A stretch of DNA of 63,978 nt, counting the filler, from Diploschistes diacapsis (taxonomy: Eukaryota): NCBI GenBank assembly GCA_023645945.1. It is 4 parts of 4 records of this genome, joined end to end, with 100 filler letters (N's around TTAATTAATTAA, not from the genome) between each part and the next. Parts side by side here need not be neighbours in the genome. Positions count along the whole stretch, not along the records: positions 33,080 to 49,510 come from JALAIB010000508.1; 3 more parts are not named here. One strand, written 5' to 3'. Every line of letters starts with the position of its first letter. Position 1 is the stretch's first letter. The position numbers and the translations under genes are program-made. Under the pieces are notes generated by a model. It saw only the letters and a list, made by a program, of their open reading frames with translations, was not told the origin of the DNA and did no database searches. Positions 36,201 to 47,545 of the stretch are shown here, piece after piece.

Positions 36201-39200
36201 ATCTGGAGCCTGGATGGGTACATCTCGAGAATTGCCGGACTCCTTCTTCTCTAAAGCCACAAAATCAGGAAAGTGTTTCGCAATCATCTCCTCCGTCCAC
36301 TTCGATTTATTTTGAGCTCTAGCCTCTGCTTTCTTAGGTGTACCCTTTTTTGTAGAAGAAGCATACCTACGCAGAAGAATTTCCTGAGCAAGATCCATAC
36401 TAGTGGGGATCATCGGCTGCATAGGAACATCGACAAACCAATCCTCAATCTCCTCTTTCGTCCACTTCCGCTGCTTTGGGATCGTGCCCTGATCTTTACA
36501 CCACTGCTCAATCGCCTCCTTCGTCCACTTGTGCTGCTTGGGCATTGTAGCCTCTTGCTCACGGAATTTATTCGGCCCCCGATGAATAGTCGTGGTCTTA
36601 CAAACAAGGTCTTCGGTGGGCTTGGGTCGTGCCTCTGGAGATGCATCTGAAATCGAGCTCCCAGCTTGCTCTTTCGCCTGTTGCGGCTGCTTCGGCAATT
36701 GGACCTCATCATCACCGAGTTTCTCGGTTTTTACGCTAATGTCTGCTCCCTGAGAACTAAGCTCTAGATTGCTTTTGCTCTCCCTCAGTCCGACTGGCTC
36801 CTCACTGCCTGATTCATCAGCGGAGTTTTCTGCATCTGATGTTGACTGGACCGCAGACTCATCTTGCTCAGATTGACTGGATGCTCCGCCCTCTTCTGGC
36901 GAAGATTCGACGATTTCTTGCAAAGCGGAGTAATAAGCAACAGTACTAATTGAGCCTTCAGGCTTATGAGTTTTCGGCATGGAAGCAGATGCAGAAGCCT
37001 CAGCTCTGGAGTTGCTCTTCATCGGGTTGAAAATCTTTGAATCTTTCGCCTTGTTCTTGCGCTCGTGAGTGATAATAGGTTCCGTCATGCCTCTAGGGGC
37101 AGATTCATTGGATTTCACTTCGGACTGGATGTCACCTTGGGTCTGAGACTCATCAGCAATTTCTGTCAAAGCGCGTTCCGACGTGGTAGTAGCTTTATTG
37201 AGCTTGGCAGTATCTTCAATTTCCTTCGCCTTAGATTCGTCTGCTTTAGTCGCAGAAGTTGTTTCTGCTGGGCTAGTCCTATCTGAAATATTGTCTTCAG
37301 CTGCTCCTTTGATTTCCGCTTTTTGAGTGCGCTCCTTAGATGTCGTAATGATTGCCATAGTAGACGTGACTGGATCACGAACCACTTGGGTGCCTGAGGA
37401 TTTTATATGTGAATTTGCTTGCATAACAGCGTCATCAACCTTTGTTGTTACCCCATATGAGGCAGCTACTTTGGGTGCACTGACAACTAGATTGCGCCTG
37501 ATCTCGTCACCTTTCTTCGAGAAGAGAAGTTTAGGATCCGGAATGGCCGGCGTAATTGCCTTATTTATTTGCGGGCGGATTGGACTAGCCATTGGTGTAC
37601 TCCAAACCTCGGCGGAAGAAGGTTGAGATTGGTAAACTGACTTGTCTTCGGAGTCGAGCGTAGGATGATCTTCTGGTTTCTTGGAGACAATGATCTGAAG
37701 GTCAATGTTACGCGATAGAGGCTTGCTTAAAGGAGCTGATGCTGTGTCCTGGGCAGTTTCTTTGGATGATACTGGTTTTATATCGTCCTCAGCTACCTTT
37801 TCCCTGTGCTGGCTTACCGGAGTAATATCCTCAGTTACCTGATCCGTATTTAGCAACGGACCGTGGCTCTCCCCAGAGGAACCAGCATCTATTGTATCAG
37901 TTCGGACTGAAATTTTCTCCATGTCATCAATCTGTGCTGGCACAACCCTGTCCTTGCGCTCCACACAAGCTCCGTCAATTTTCTCGTGCATGGTTCGGAC
38001 GGCAGTATCAGAAACGCTACTGATACACTTGTTCTCCTTAACAGGAGTCATAGTCGCAGGGCTATCGTTCTTCGCAGTCTGGGTTGACAAAGACTGTTTT
38101 ACGTTGTTTTGAACGGTTGATGTAGGTAAAACCATTTGCGAAGGTTTATAGGCTCTCTCAGTATACTCCACAGCCATTTGCTGATTCACGACTTTCTGAT
38201 ACGCACGTACACCATTCACCCATGCAAAATTGACACGTATTGGCCGACCATCTTTTTCGAGAATTCTACCGTTTAGAGCCCCACGAGCCTTTCCTGCTGA
38301 CTGGGAGTCTGCGAAACTTGAAATTAGTTAGCCAGAATGCTGCCACTAAAGCTATATTCACTTACTCGACAAAGCAGTACGGCGTTTCTTTAGCCAACTT
38401 CCCCTGCTTCTCCTTGCGGATTACTGGCCCGATATTTAGGGCTCCAAATGGGTTGCACAACACCGACACAATTTGTTCATTTAGAGTCGTGCTCTTGATG
38501 TGAAGCTTCTTGTAGTCTACCTCGTGGTCTTCTTGAATCGAGACATGACGTTTTCGCGTCTTCGTGAGCTGGCTGACGGCCGCGTTGGATGATATTGGCT
38601 GTGAATCCGAGGTTGACGGCTGTTGCTTACTGGAGCCTTGCTCTGGGCTGCGGCGCTGCCTATAGCGCTTGGGAACACGTAGAGGTTTTTGAGACATTGA
38701 TGACCGTGTTGTTGACGCCTCGCTTGCAGTATGAGCGGGCAGATTCGGCGCTTCCGGGCCAGTTTGAGCTACAGCCACAGCCGCAGATGGCGCAAAAACA
38801 CCATGTTGCTCCGCTGGATCAAAGTCCGGAGGTGCTCCAACGTTACTAGCAGCAACGAATCCGCTCTGCTCAGCCATACCAGTCGAGTATCCGACGTATG
38901 CGCCGTATTGAGGATCAACCTGTGCAAAATCTATTTGCTGACCAAACCCTTGGCTCGAAGCCTGACGCGAAGACGCAGACCAATAGGCACTATTCCCCGA
39001 AAAGTCCCTTTGGTATCCTAGTGGTCGTTGGTGGGACGCCATGTGTGCAGGAAATGGTCGTCCAGCTTGGTGACCTACAACGGCGCTGAACATACGAGCA
39101 TCGTCCGTTAATGGCTTCGATGGGTGGCCTGCTCGAGAGAAGGTCGGTGGGCCACCCTGGTTTAGTGGGCTGAATGCATTTCCGGAATAGTGGTTCGCAG

Positions 39201-41339
39201 CCATACCATCGTAATTGTAGGGTGGATTGGGTTGAGCTTGGTTGGGCTGGATGGATGGGTACGACACTGGAGCGAAGACAAGACCTTGTGGCATCTGGGG
39301 TGGCATCTGGTGTGACATCGGGAGCGGAATCTGATGCGGCACCATACTATTCTGCACCACTTGCTGATGGCCAACCCCGTGGTATGGAGCTACGACACGA
39401 GGCCTTGGATGCTGCAAAGGCTGTGAGGCTGCACGCGGTAGTTGCGTATGTCCAACGTTAAAAGGCCTGTTTCGAGCAACGGTCGGGATGCTTTGTTGCC
39501 AAAGACGCTGCGCAGTGGCAGGCGCTTTGGTAGGCGAGAAGTGGCAAATGGTAGGGGAAAATTGGCAAAGATGAACTGCCTCAGATGTGTGCAGAGGCTG
39601 AGGCTGATTTTCTTGGAATAGAGGAATCCCAGTGCCCACCGAGGCATCGGTCTTTTGTACGTCACCTGTGAGGACCTCGGTATTGAGATCTTCACCCAGC
39701 GTACCAGTAAGCTCAGGGCTAAGACGTGACTGGCCATCTAGACCTGCAGCGATGATTCCTGGATCTCTATCGACCAGAGAACGCAACGACTCTGCAGAGT
39801 TTTTGGACTTCGCAGCCGGCTCTGGTGAATGATCAGGGCTTATGCGGTGTTCGCCACCGATACTAGCAGCGACGATGCTCGGATCTTTGTTCAGCATCAT
39901 TGTTAAAGATTCATGTGGATTTTGCGACTTTGCGCTAGACGTATCGCTTTGGCCTGAAATGGAGTTGCGACCTCTCACGCTTGGTGGACCGTGGAAGACT
40001 TGTAGATCATCGGGGTTGTGGGCAGCGATACCAGAATTTTCACCTGACTCATCATCGGCTTGTTTGCTGAGGGCAAGGAAGCTTCGGGCCACTATTTCAA
40101 AAGACCTTTGCCTGGTAGTGTGCGATTGCCGCTCATTGAGTTCAATCTCATTAGCCGAGGTTGACGTGACCAACTCCAATGACGACTTAGATGACTGAGG
40201 TATGGGTTGCGAGCCAGCAACAACTGCTGATGGAACAATCTGAAAGTCGGCAGAGCTGGTCATTAGCAGTGTAGCGCTGCGAGCAGCCGAGACTTCGAAA
40301 TTATGTTCATCGACAACCTCCACCTGTTCAGAAGGCTGCTGATCGCCTTGATGAGCTTCAGGAGATTCGAGTACATCCACTTCTGCAGGTGAAGCCCGAT
40401 ATAGCTCTCGTGCTGGAAGTGGGGCACTGTTTCCCAAGCGAACAGCAAACCGGAATGCGTCTGCAAGGTCTGTGCCTGTGATTTCCTCTTCGACAGATAT
40501 GACAGGCTTGGGAGGACAGCTGCTCGTACGCCTATGTACCGGCACCCTCACTGCGGCATCTTCAATAGGGAGAGAAGGCAAGTCGGTACGACGCGAAGAT
40601 GGCTCATCTGTCATGGCCTGCTCAGTGGGTAGATCAGGTGTATCGGTACGACAAATTGTAGGCTCGATTTGAGCCAGAACAACTGCCAAAGCGGTAGATG
40701 TGTTGTAAGTATAATCGTAATCAGTACCTTAAAGCATTAGCCAAGAGACAGTGGAAGAGAAGCGATGATCATACCTTGTAAGCGTAGCCATAAAGCCTTC
40801 TTACCCAGAGAGTACTTGAGCGCGTCTTCCAGAAATCCTAATCCGTAGACCACAATCTCTTGCCTACTCCAAGGGATCGAGTCGGTACTCATGAAGATCT
40901 TGTAGCGCTCAGGGTTCGCCGCAATCCACTTGAACATGAACTGAACAAGCTTTGTCTCGTATGTGCTATTCTCCCAGTCGAGTTTGTGTAGGGTGGACTC
41001 TAGCATGTGAACGCCTAACGCTTTCACATCGATGTGGTCGAAATACTCGAAGATAAGGATTCGGGGATCTCCTGCGACTTTTGCACAGTCATCTGGAAAA
41101 TCGTGTCGAAGCTGAGCGGCGAAGGCGAACGCCAATGCTTCATGTTCTGATCCACGGGCTTCGACAGAGTAGAACCGGCCATCGTCGATAGGGAGCCTCG
41201 GACCATACCGACCAGACCTGGTCGAGAAGATGGCGTAGCGGTTTGGCAATTGGAGTGGACGAAAGGTCGCTACTCCAGCACTGAGCACACCATTGTGGCG
41301 AGGTGTGCCCCATGAGAAAGGTCGGAGCGGCTGTTCCAT
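33210..41339 (-). CDS. Very large (~2,677 aa) mostly low-complexity protein with one central RRM
   Basis: Exons 41339-40775, 40727-38366 and 38316-33210 (8,034 nt, phases consistent) join three track ORFs. The splice creates KKLHIKST..PFG..PYCFVDFADSQSAGKARGALNGRILEKDGRPIRVNFA (RNP1-containing RRM). Confidence 0.8.
34925..35642 (-). repeat. About four coding tandem repeats of 183 bp (61 aa)
   Basis: PVS.SE.E.SA...E.ANES..YAP.AS.EEKQ..D...PISS.Q units. DNA anchors AGAAACAGGT/GGAAATAGGT recur near 35082, 35265, 35448 and 35631. Confidence 0.88.
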
Positions 41340-42234
41340 GATGAACTATCCAACAGTTTGTAGCACTTATCTCAGCAACTACATCTGCAGGATAAACTGA
41401 TAAAAGGGTTAGCTATGAAACTGAGAAGTACATTGGTCTGAAAACATACGAACTTGAGATTCATATATGTTGTTAGACGTTTTCGAGGAAGGAGCCTCCT
41501 GCAAGGAGTTGTGTAGCAACCACAGCTTTCCTAAAACAGGCCGTTTCTTCCTACAACATCAAAGCCAAATGCTGCGAACTAGAGGTTGGACTGTTGTTAT
41601 ACTTATTTCGAGCTTGGTAAGATTTCAGAAAAGGTTTGCCTTCTGGTAAGGGAAGAACTATCTCAGTAAGAGATTTAGAGCTATCCTTGAGGTTGGTTAC
41701 TTGAGATTGCAATTGCAAAAGAGAAGTGGCTTGTTGATCAAGAAGAGAACTTGTGGGCGACATTAAGTAGAGAGATAAAAGATAGAGTGACTTAGGCAGT
41801 GTAGAGAACCAAAACGGTACGATTATCAACACGTAAACAAGTCTCAACGTCCCTGGTTACAGAAAGGTCAAAAGATGAGATTGATGTCTTCTGGGTGTTC
41901 ACAAAACTCTTGTCAGCTCAAAACAGAGCTCTCGAGATGACATCCGCTGTTAAGTTGCACAGCGTAGTGTTATGTAACAGTTGGGGCCAGGTACACTGAT
42001 CCAGCCTCTCAAAACCCCTAGCAAAGCATCAACAAATCTAGATTGCTCTCTGATGCTTCCAAAGGGCTCTGTTGGCAGAGGAAGAGTAGCTGAAGGCCAG
42101 GTTGAGTCTCGTGGGCCTGTGGGGTATAGCTTTTGCTACGACGATTGGTATATGCCAGCTCTGTCATTGTCGAACGCGATCCGGATGTCCATCCAATCGC
42201 CCTACGAACAATACGCTACAGAAGTCACTTCGAC

Positions 42235-42904
42235 TCAGCCACTGCCACCCTCCTTCAACATCTTTAAGATCTCCGACTCACTGTCCCCGATAACTAAAAA
42301 CATTAGCACATAATATGGCAAGGCTATCGAGGTTACTTACCAGCCTTTCCATTATTCCAGTCCACAATCTATCCAGCAGTCAGCATACGCAAATTAGTCG
42401 CTACAAGTGCAGGTTCTTGACAAAAGAAACAACCAGGCGATAGTCAAAGTCGCTCCATCATGTCCTTTCCATAAAGAAGCAAATTAGATAAAATAGGAGG
42501 AACCCACCACAGGCGCAACGAACCTCCTCCCATCCTCCTTCAATAGCCTAATAGCATCACTGACACTGCTCGCTCCCTTCACCATCCCCTTAGCGTTATT
42601 GTCCCCAATGTACTCGAAGATACTCCTGAGCTGATCTCCCGTCGGTACATCTTCCGAAACATTAAGCTCGAACTCGGAGCGCTGCAGTTGATTCTGTTTG
42701 CTGTGGCCCGCGGCCTGGTCCTCTGTTGCCGTTTCCGAGGCTTGGGCGGAGATCTGTTTGAGGAGGGCAAGAGCACGCATTGAGGAGGGGATGGTGGGTT
42801 TATGGAAGATCGTTATCACGTCGAGGGGCTTGTGCTAGGTCACGGATTAGTAGGCCATTAGAAGTGGGTGGGGATACAGGTTGGGGGCTTACAAACCGAA
42901 ACAT
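42235..42904 (-). CDS. FMP46: Mitochondrial thioredoxin-like DUF1687 protein Fmp46
   Basis: MFRF|HKPLDVITIFHKPTIPSSMRALALLKQ..ATATEDQA..FELNVSEDVPTGDQLRSIFEYIG..FVAPV|IVDWNNGKA|VIGDSESEILKML. Confidence 0.88.
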
Positions 42905-43659
42905 TATGCGGCAACCTAGGTGGTTGATACCTTAAACACCTAAGAGAAGGGAGTGCTGGTAAGGACGGGACTTAGACACAAAAAGGCTCTCTCAGAGCTC
43001 TATAATTCACAGTTATTCATGTCTCTCTAGTGAATGTAAGAAGTGAGGTCGGTGTTGCCAAGCACGTGGTTGCCGATACCAAGACCATAATGACGTCATG
43101 CTACATGTATCTAGAAAGTACAACGTTGAATACCAGGCGATATCAACAATGCTTCAAATCAGCTATAGAATAAATTCAAAAGGTCCTGGGAGAGCTTCGA
43201 AGTTCCCCGGACTCGTTATGTAGTCAATCTGAAGCATCCCTTGACTTTTGCGTGGGCAGAAAGTGGTGAAGGAGGTATTTGGTGTCCTAACTATCACTGA
43301 TATAGCCTGACTACTACTGCAGGGTAGGGGTTCCTCGTTATTGCATCCCAATATTGAGGCTACAAAGAATCAACCTGAATAGGCTAAAGATAAGCCTTCT
43401 ATTCCCTGCTCCTGGTCAGTTTTTATAGCCAGCATTTATTGGTCTGGAACTTCATGCCGCCTTCCCAATGATCGTTTTGACTTCGAAAAAAAGTCTAGTC
43501 TGCTATGCATTTCCATTTCAAGAGTTAGAATTTACAATAGTTTTTATGTGCATTTCAAAGAATGGCTTCAATTCGGGAATGAAGAGATGGGTTGAAAGCG
43601 TTTTCTCTTGATTTCTTTACGCTACAAATATGTTGTCAAGTGGATGCCTTGACACTTTC

Positions 43660-44900
43660 CAGCGCCCAGCAGAACGCACGGGGGTCGGCACAGAGAGACT
43701 GATACGATGGCATTTTGAGAGTCATTGAAGTGTAATAAGGACATTATGGCAGGCTGGACGGGCGCCACTACCTGTGTCAGGGTTTACAACTTGCACTGTC
43801 TCGAACTCCTACTACAGTACGATGTTCCTCACTACAGTCACCCTTACCTGACGTTGCTAGCCAATGCATTCCTGGTGTGGCCTCGTCTCTGTATTCTATA
43901 CTCTCGGTGCCCAACGCTGCCTTGAAGGTGATGACAACGGTCAAGGCAGTTCCAACCTTCTCAAAGCAATTTTCACCAGCTAGCACCAAGACCAATTACC
44001 TACTATCTTTGTACGTAACTTGAATCGGCGGATTAGAAGCTATTCGCAAGCGGCAGCGGTGGCAGTTACTTCCAAACCGGCTTTGAGCCGAACCTGATTT
44101 TGGCCTCTGCCGCAAATCCAATCGGCAATCCAACATTCCCAGTCTACACGACGACCGATGGCGGCAATTGGGTTCACTACTACATTATGCAGCTCAAGAC
44201 TACTCTTACACTGTCTTACAACTCGCCCATGGCAGAGCGACCACAAACGCCGATCTTCTAATGCCTTGTGGGCCGACTGTGCTCTCATTCGTCTATCAGA
44301 TTACTCAGTACGAGCAGAGTTTCAAAGCCATCCCGACTTCGCTCTTTGGACTTCTGACAACGTGCTGTTCGCCGTCCAAACGGGCGTCAACAATGTCAGA
44401 ACTCCTGGTATGAATTGAACTGGACCACGATTCTTGATGACATGACTCAATACATCAACCAAACTCAGACACTCCACAGTCCGGGAGCACGCAAGGTCCT
44501 CTTCTTATAAGTATCACCGGTCCAAAGTGATGGCTTCCGGTGCTTTCACCATAGCTTTAGACGCTACTGCGATAGGACAATTCAATGACGCCTTGGTCTC
44601 GCATGTTGTGTCTTTGAAAGCCACTTAACACTGGCGTGACCAGGTACAGTTTCAATACTAGACGCCTTTCATGACTACCATTAACAACCTACCAATAACA
44701 ACCCAACCGCATATGATGCGCCGAATGCGAGTGGCTATAATTCAGACCGCGTGTCATGTCTGTGGTTCAAACAACATGAGTATCATCGCTTCCCTGATAA
44801 ATCGAGGGGCTTCTCAGAGCTGATTTTATACTAGTACTACCCGCTATCTACAAGCTCGCGGTTGAGGCCAATCCTGCTTGGAACCTAGTAGAACACGTCG
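43660..44900 (+). pseudogene. Decayed CBM1 + SGNH/GDSL acetylesterase (CE16-type)
   Basis: Fragments in order: AQQNA.G, GWTGATTCV/TCTVSNSYYS|QCIPG (CBM1); NYLLSF|GGSYFQTGF..SAANPIGNPTFPVYTTTDGGNWV..TLTLSYN/AHGRATTNADL..PTVLSFVYQI/SHPDFALWTSDNVLFAVQTGVNNV/PGARKVLFL*..NPTAYDAPNA..YNSDRVSCLW. Several frameshifts and stops; ends approximate. Confidence 0.82.
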
Positions 44901-45062
44901 TTTACGAGATTAAAGGCATTGAGAAGAAGCAAGCACATTTCTTTCACTTTCGTAGGTACTTCACACATATAGTCAGTAGACCGAACACATACTCTTAACA
45001 TTACTTCTTATGCTGGTCTCAACACGGTGTGCGTAAGTAACTCTGCGCATTCAATAAGGAGA

Positions 45063-45094
45063 TCTAATCTAATCTAATCTAATCTAATCTAATC
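45063..45094. repeat. (TCTAA)6 pentanucleotide microsatellite
   Basis: tctaatctaatctaatctaatctaatctaatc read directly. Confidence 0.9.
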
Positions 45095-45139
45095 TCCAAC
45101 TTGACTTGTGAAAACCACAATTGGTGCGCAAAGGATATA

Positions 45140-45349
45140 ACGTGTTTCACCACGAAACGGAACACACCACCAAGCGGAACACTACATTATAATGTAGTTG
45201 CGCTAGATCGAGCGCTTCCATATTTGTACGAAGCTAAATCTGTTCTCAACTACACTACGCCGTTCTTCGGCCTTTAAGAAATACACTTTACGAAGGTGCA
45301 GGGATTGTGTTCCGCTTGGTGGTGTGTTCCGTTTCGTGGTGAAACACGT
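45140..45349. mobile_element. 210-bp Tc1/mariner (pogo/Fot1-type) MITE, copy B
   Basis: Perfect 43-bp TIRs starting ACGT with TA on both sides. Shares internal blocks (ctacattataatgta, tttgtacgaa, taaatctgtt, gtgcagggatt) with copy A. Confidence 0.92.
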
Positions 45350-45516
45350 TAAACCTTATGATGCCGATTTTGCGCGGGGAAATTAACCCAACGGTGTCCA
45401 ACACTTATTCCATGCATTAGCCACACATTGTTTCCTGCCACTGGCTCGCATCGAGATACAATAGGAGAAGACAACGGGGCCTCTCTCGCTCCCGAAGTCC
45501 AGCATTTATATTCTCC

Positions 45517-46808
45517 ATGGCAGCATTCTCCAACGTCGCCAACCCCTCCGTCAAGAGGCACCTACGAACACACACAATGCCTTTCCAGAGCTCGTCTAGG
45601 AGGAAACCTAGGAGGTAGAAAGCCGAAGGCGGGAAAATACTGCTATTTGGCGCTGACAACGTCCAGATGGCCATTGGCATTCCGATTCATTAAGGGCGCA
45701 ATACACTCGGAAATCGCTATACCCGTGGTTCTGCATACTTTGTTCGCTGCGCTCGTCGTTGTTCTGAACCGCTACATCGATCACAACATTCAATTGCCTT
45801 CGAGCATTGTCTGTCAGTCGTCATGATGCCCAATTCAGTCTGCTCACCCCTTTTAGATTCCTAGTCTATCAATCGTTGTGGGTCTCATGCTGGTAGATCT
45901 TCCCATTCATTCAAGTACACCATCAAAGTTAACACCTTCAGGTTTTCCGCAACCAAACTTCCTACGACCGCTTCTGGCAAGGCCGCAATCACCTGACCAC
46001 AGTCGCGAGCTCTGTCCGCAACATGACCCGCCAATTCCTCGCCGCCTCGCACAATGTCGACCACAGCAAGCCCCTCTCTACACGACCCGCGGAGCTCATG
46101 GACACGGAGCAAGCCGTCAAGATTCTCGTAGCCATGCTCTACACTCTGAAACACCACCTCCGCGCCGACTGGGGCGCCTACTCTGATAGGAACACCCTCC
46201 TGCACCCTCTCATCCACGACCACGACAACTCGCCCGAGTACATGGAGATGATGCCGCCGGGCATCGTGGGGCTAGAGAACAGAGGGCTGGGGGTAACGCT
46301 ACAATTAGCTTTGCTAATAGAGGGATACATAAACCGCGGCTTCGCGCGCGGGTGGTGGCACGGCCCCATGTCCAGCCAGCTCACGGTCCAGCTCAACACG
46401 CTGACCGCTGCCTACGGCTCCATGGAAACCATCCGCCTCACGCCCGTCCCCGTCTCGCACCTGATCCACCAGAAACAGGTCCTGGCGCTCTTCGGCGCCA
46501 TACTCCCCTTCGCCACGGTCGCGGATATCGATTGGTGGACTATCCCCATGGTTACAGTTGTTGTGTTTACGCTCTATGGGATCGACGGCATAGCGTCGCA
46601 GCTCGAGGACCCGTTCGGGCTCGATAGGATCGATATACCGTTAGATGCGATCATCGAAGATCTGAGGGCGGAGACGCTCGTTATGCTTGATGAGTGGAGG
46701 AGCGTGGTGGAAAAGGAGGAGGAGCAGTCTGGTACGGAGTGGGGGAGGGAGTGGTTTAGGGAGGGGCCAAGGAGGAGGTTTCAGAGTGAAGGGGCGTTTC
46801 GGGATTAG
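45517..46808 (+). CDS. Bestrophin-like (UPF0187/YneE family) anion channel, multi-exon
   Basis: RKPRR|WPLAFRFIKGAIH, IPSLSIVVGLML|VFRNQTSYDRFWQGR, METIRLTPVPVSHLIHQKQVLALF, TLYGIDGIASQLEDPFGLDRIDI. Confidence 0.88.
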
Positions 46809-47545
46809 GGAATGATATGTACAAGGCGAGGATGGCTGGGCGGTTATCTGCTTTTGTGTGCTTGGTCTGCAGTGGTTATTTGAAAAGATGTTGAGCGTTC
46901 TAAGCGGTCCGGGCGTTGGATATAGCGATATTTATCTGCTTGGATATCGGATTAGTCACGGCGACAGTCTGATTACAGATGCACAGAATTCACTTTCATG
47001 GAGAACTCTTACATAGCAATATGCTACATTATTTGCACATAAAACAGTATGACAGTTAGCCTCCATGATCGATAGGCAAAACATTGACAGTTGTTAGCTA
47101 GTCAGGTCCGAGAGCTGAAAAGCACATACTCTCAACCTCGGGAAAAGAAAACCGTCGGGCTTACTTCGGGTAATTTAATGAGGTAGACTAATGTATAGGA
47201 GGAAGAACAAGCGCGCCACGGGGAGTGTCAAAGATCGCCGGATGATTTGCTCGGTGAAATTCATCGAGCGAAGGTTTTGTTTCCACGGAATTGAGCTTCG
47301 TAACAAAAGTCAAAAGTCTCTAGATGCAGGCATCTGTAGGTCTGACTCATCTTATTATCCTCACCGTCTGCGACAATCTGTACTCAGCACTGATTCTATT
47401 GGGCTGCCTCGCACTTCTCTTATAGCGTCGTGATCAATACAAGAATGATAGTTGGATAGCACCCACAAAGTTTCTTACCTTCATAACCAGGAGCCTTCGC
47501 TCTGTTCCATTCTCGGACTCGAGTGCGTGAGAACCAGCTAAGAGT

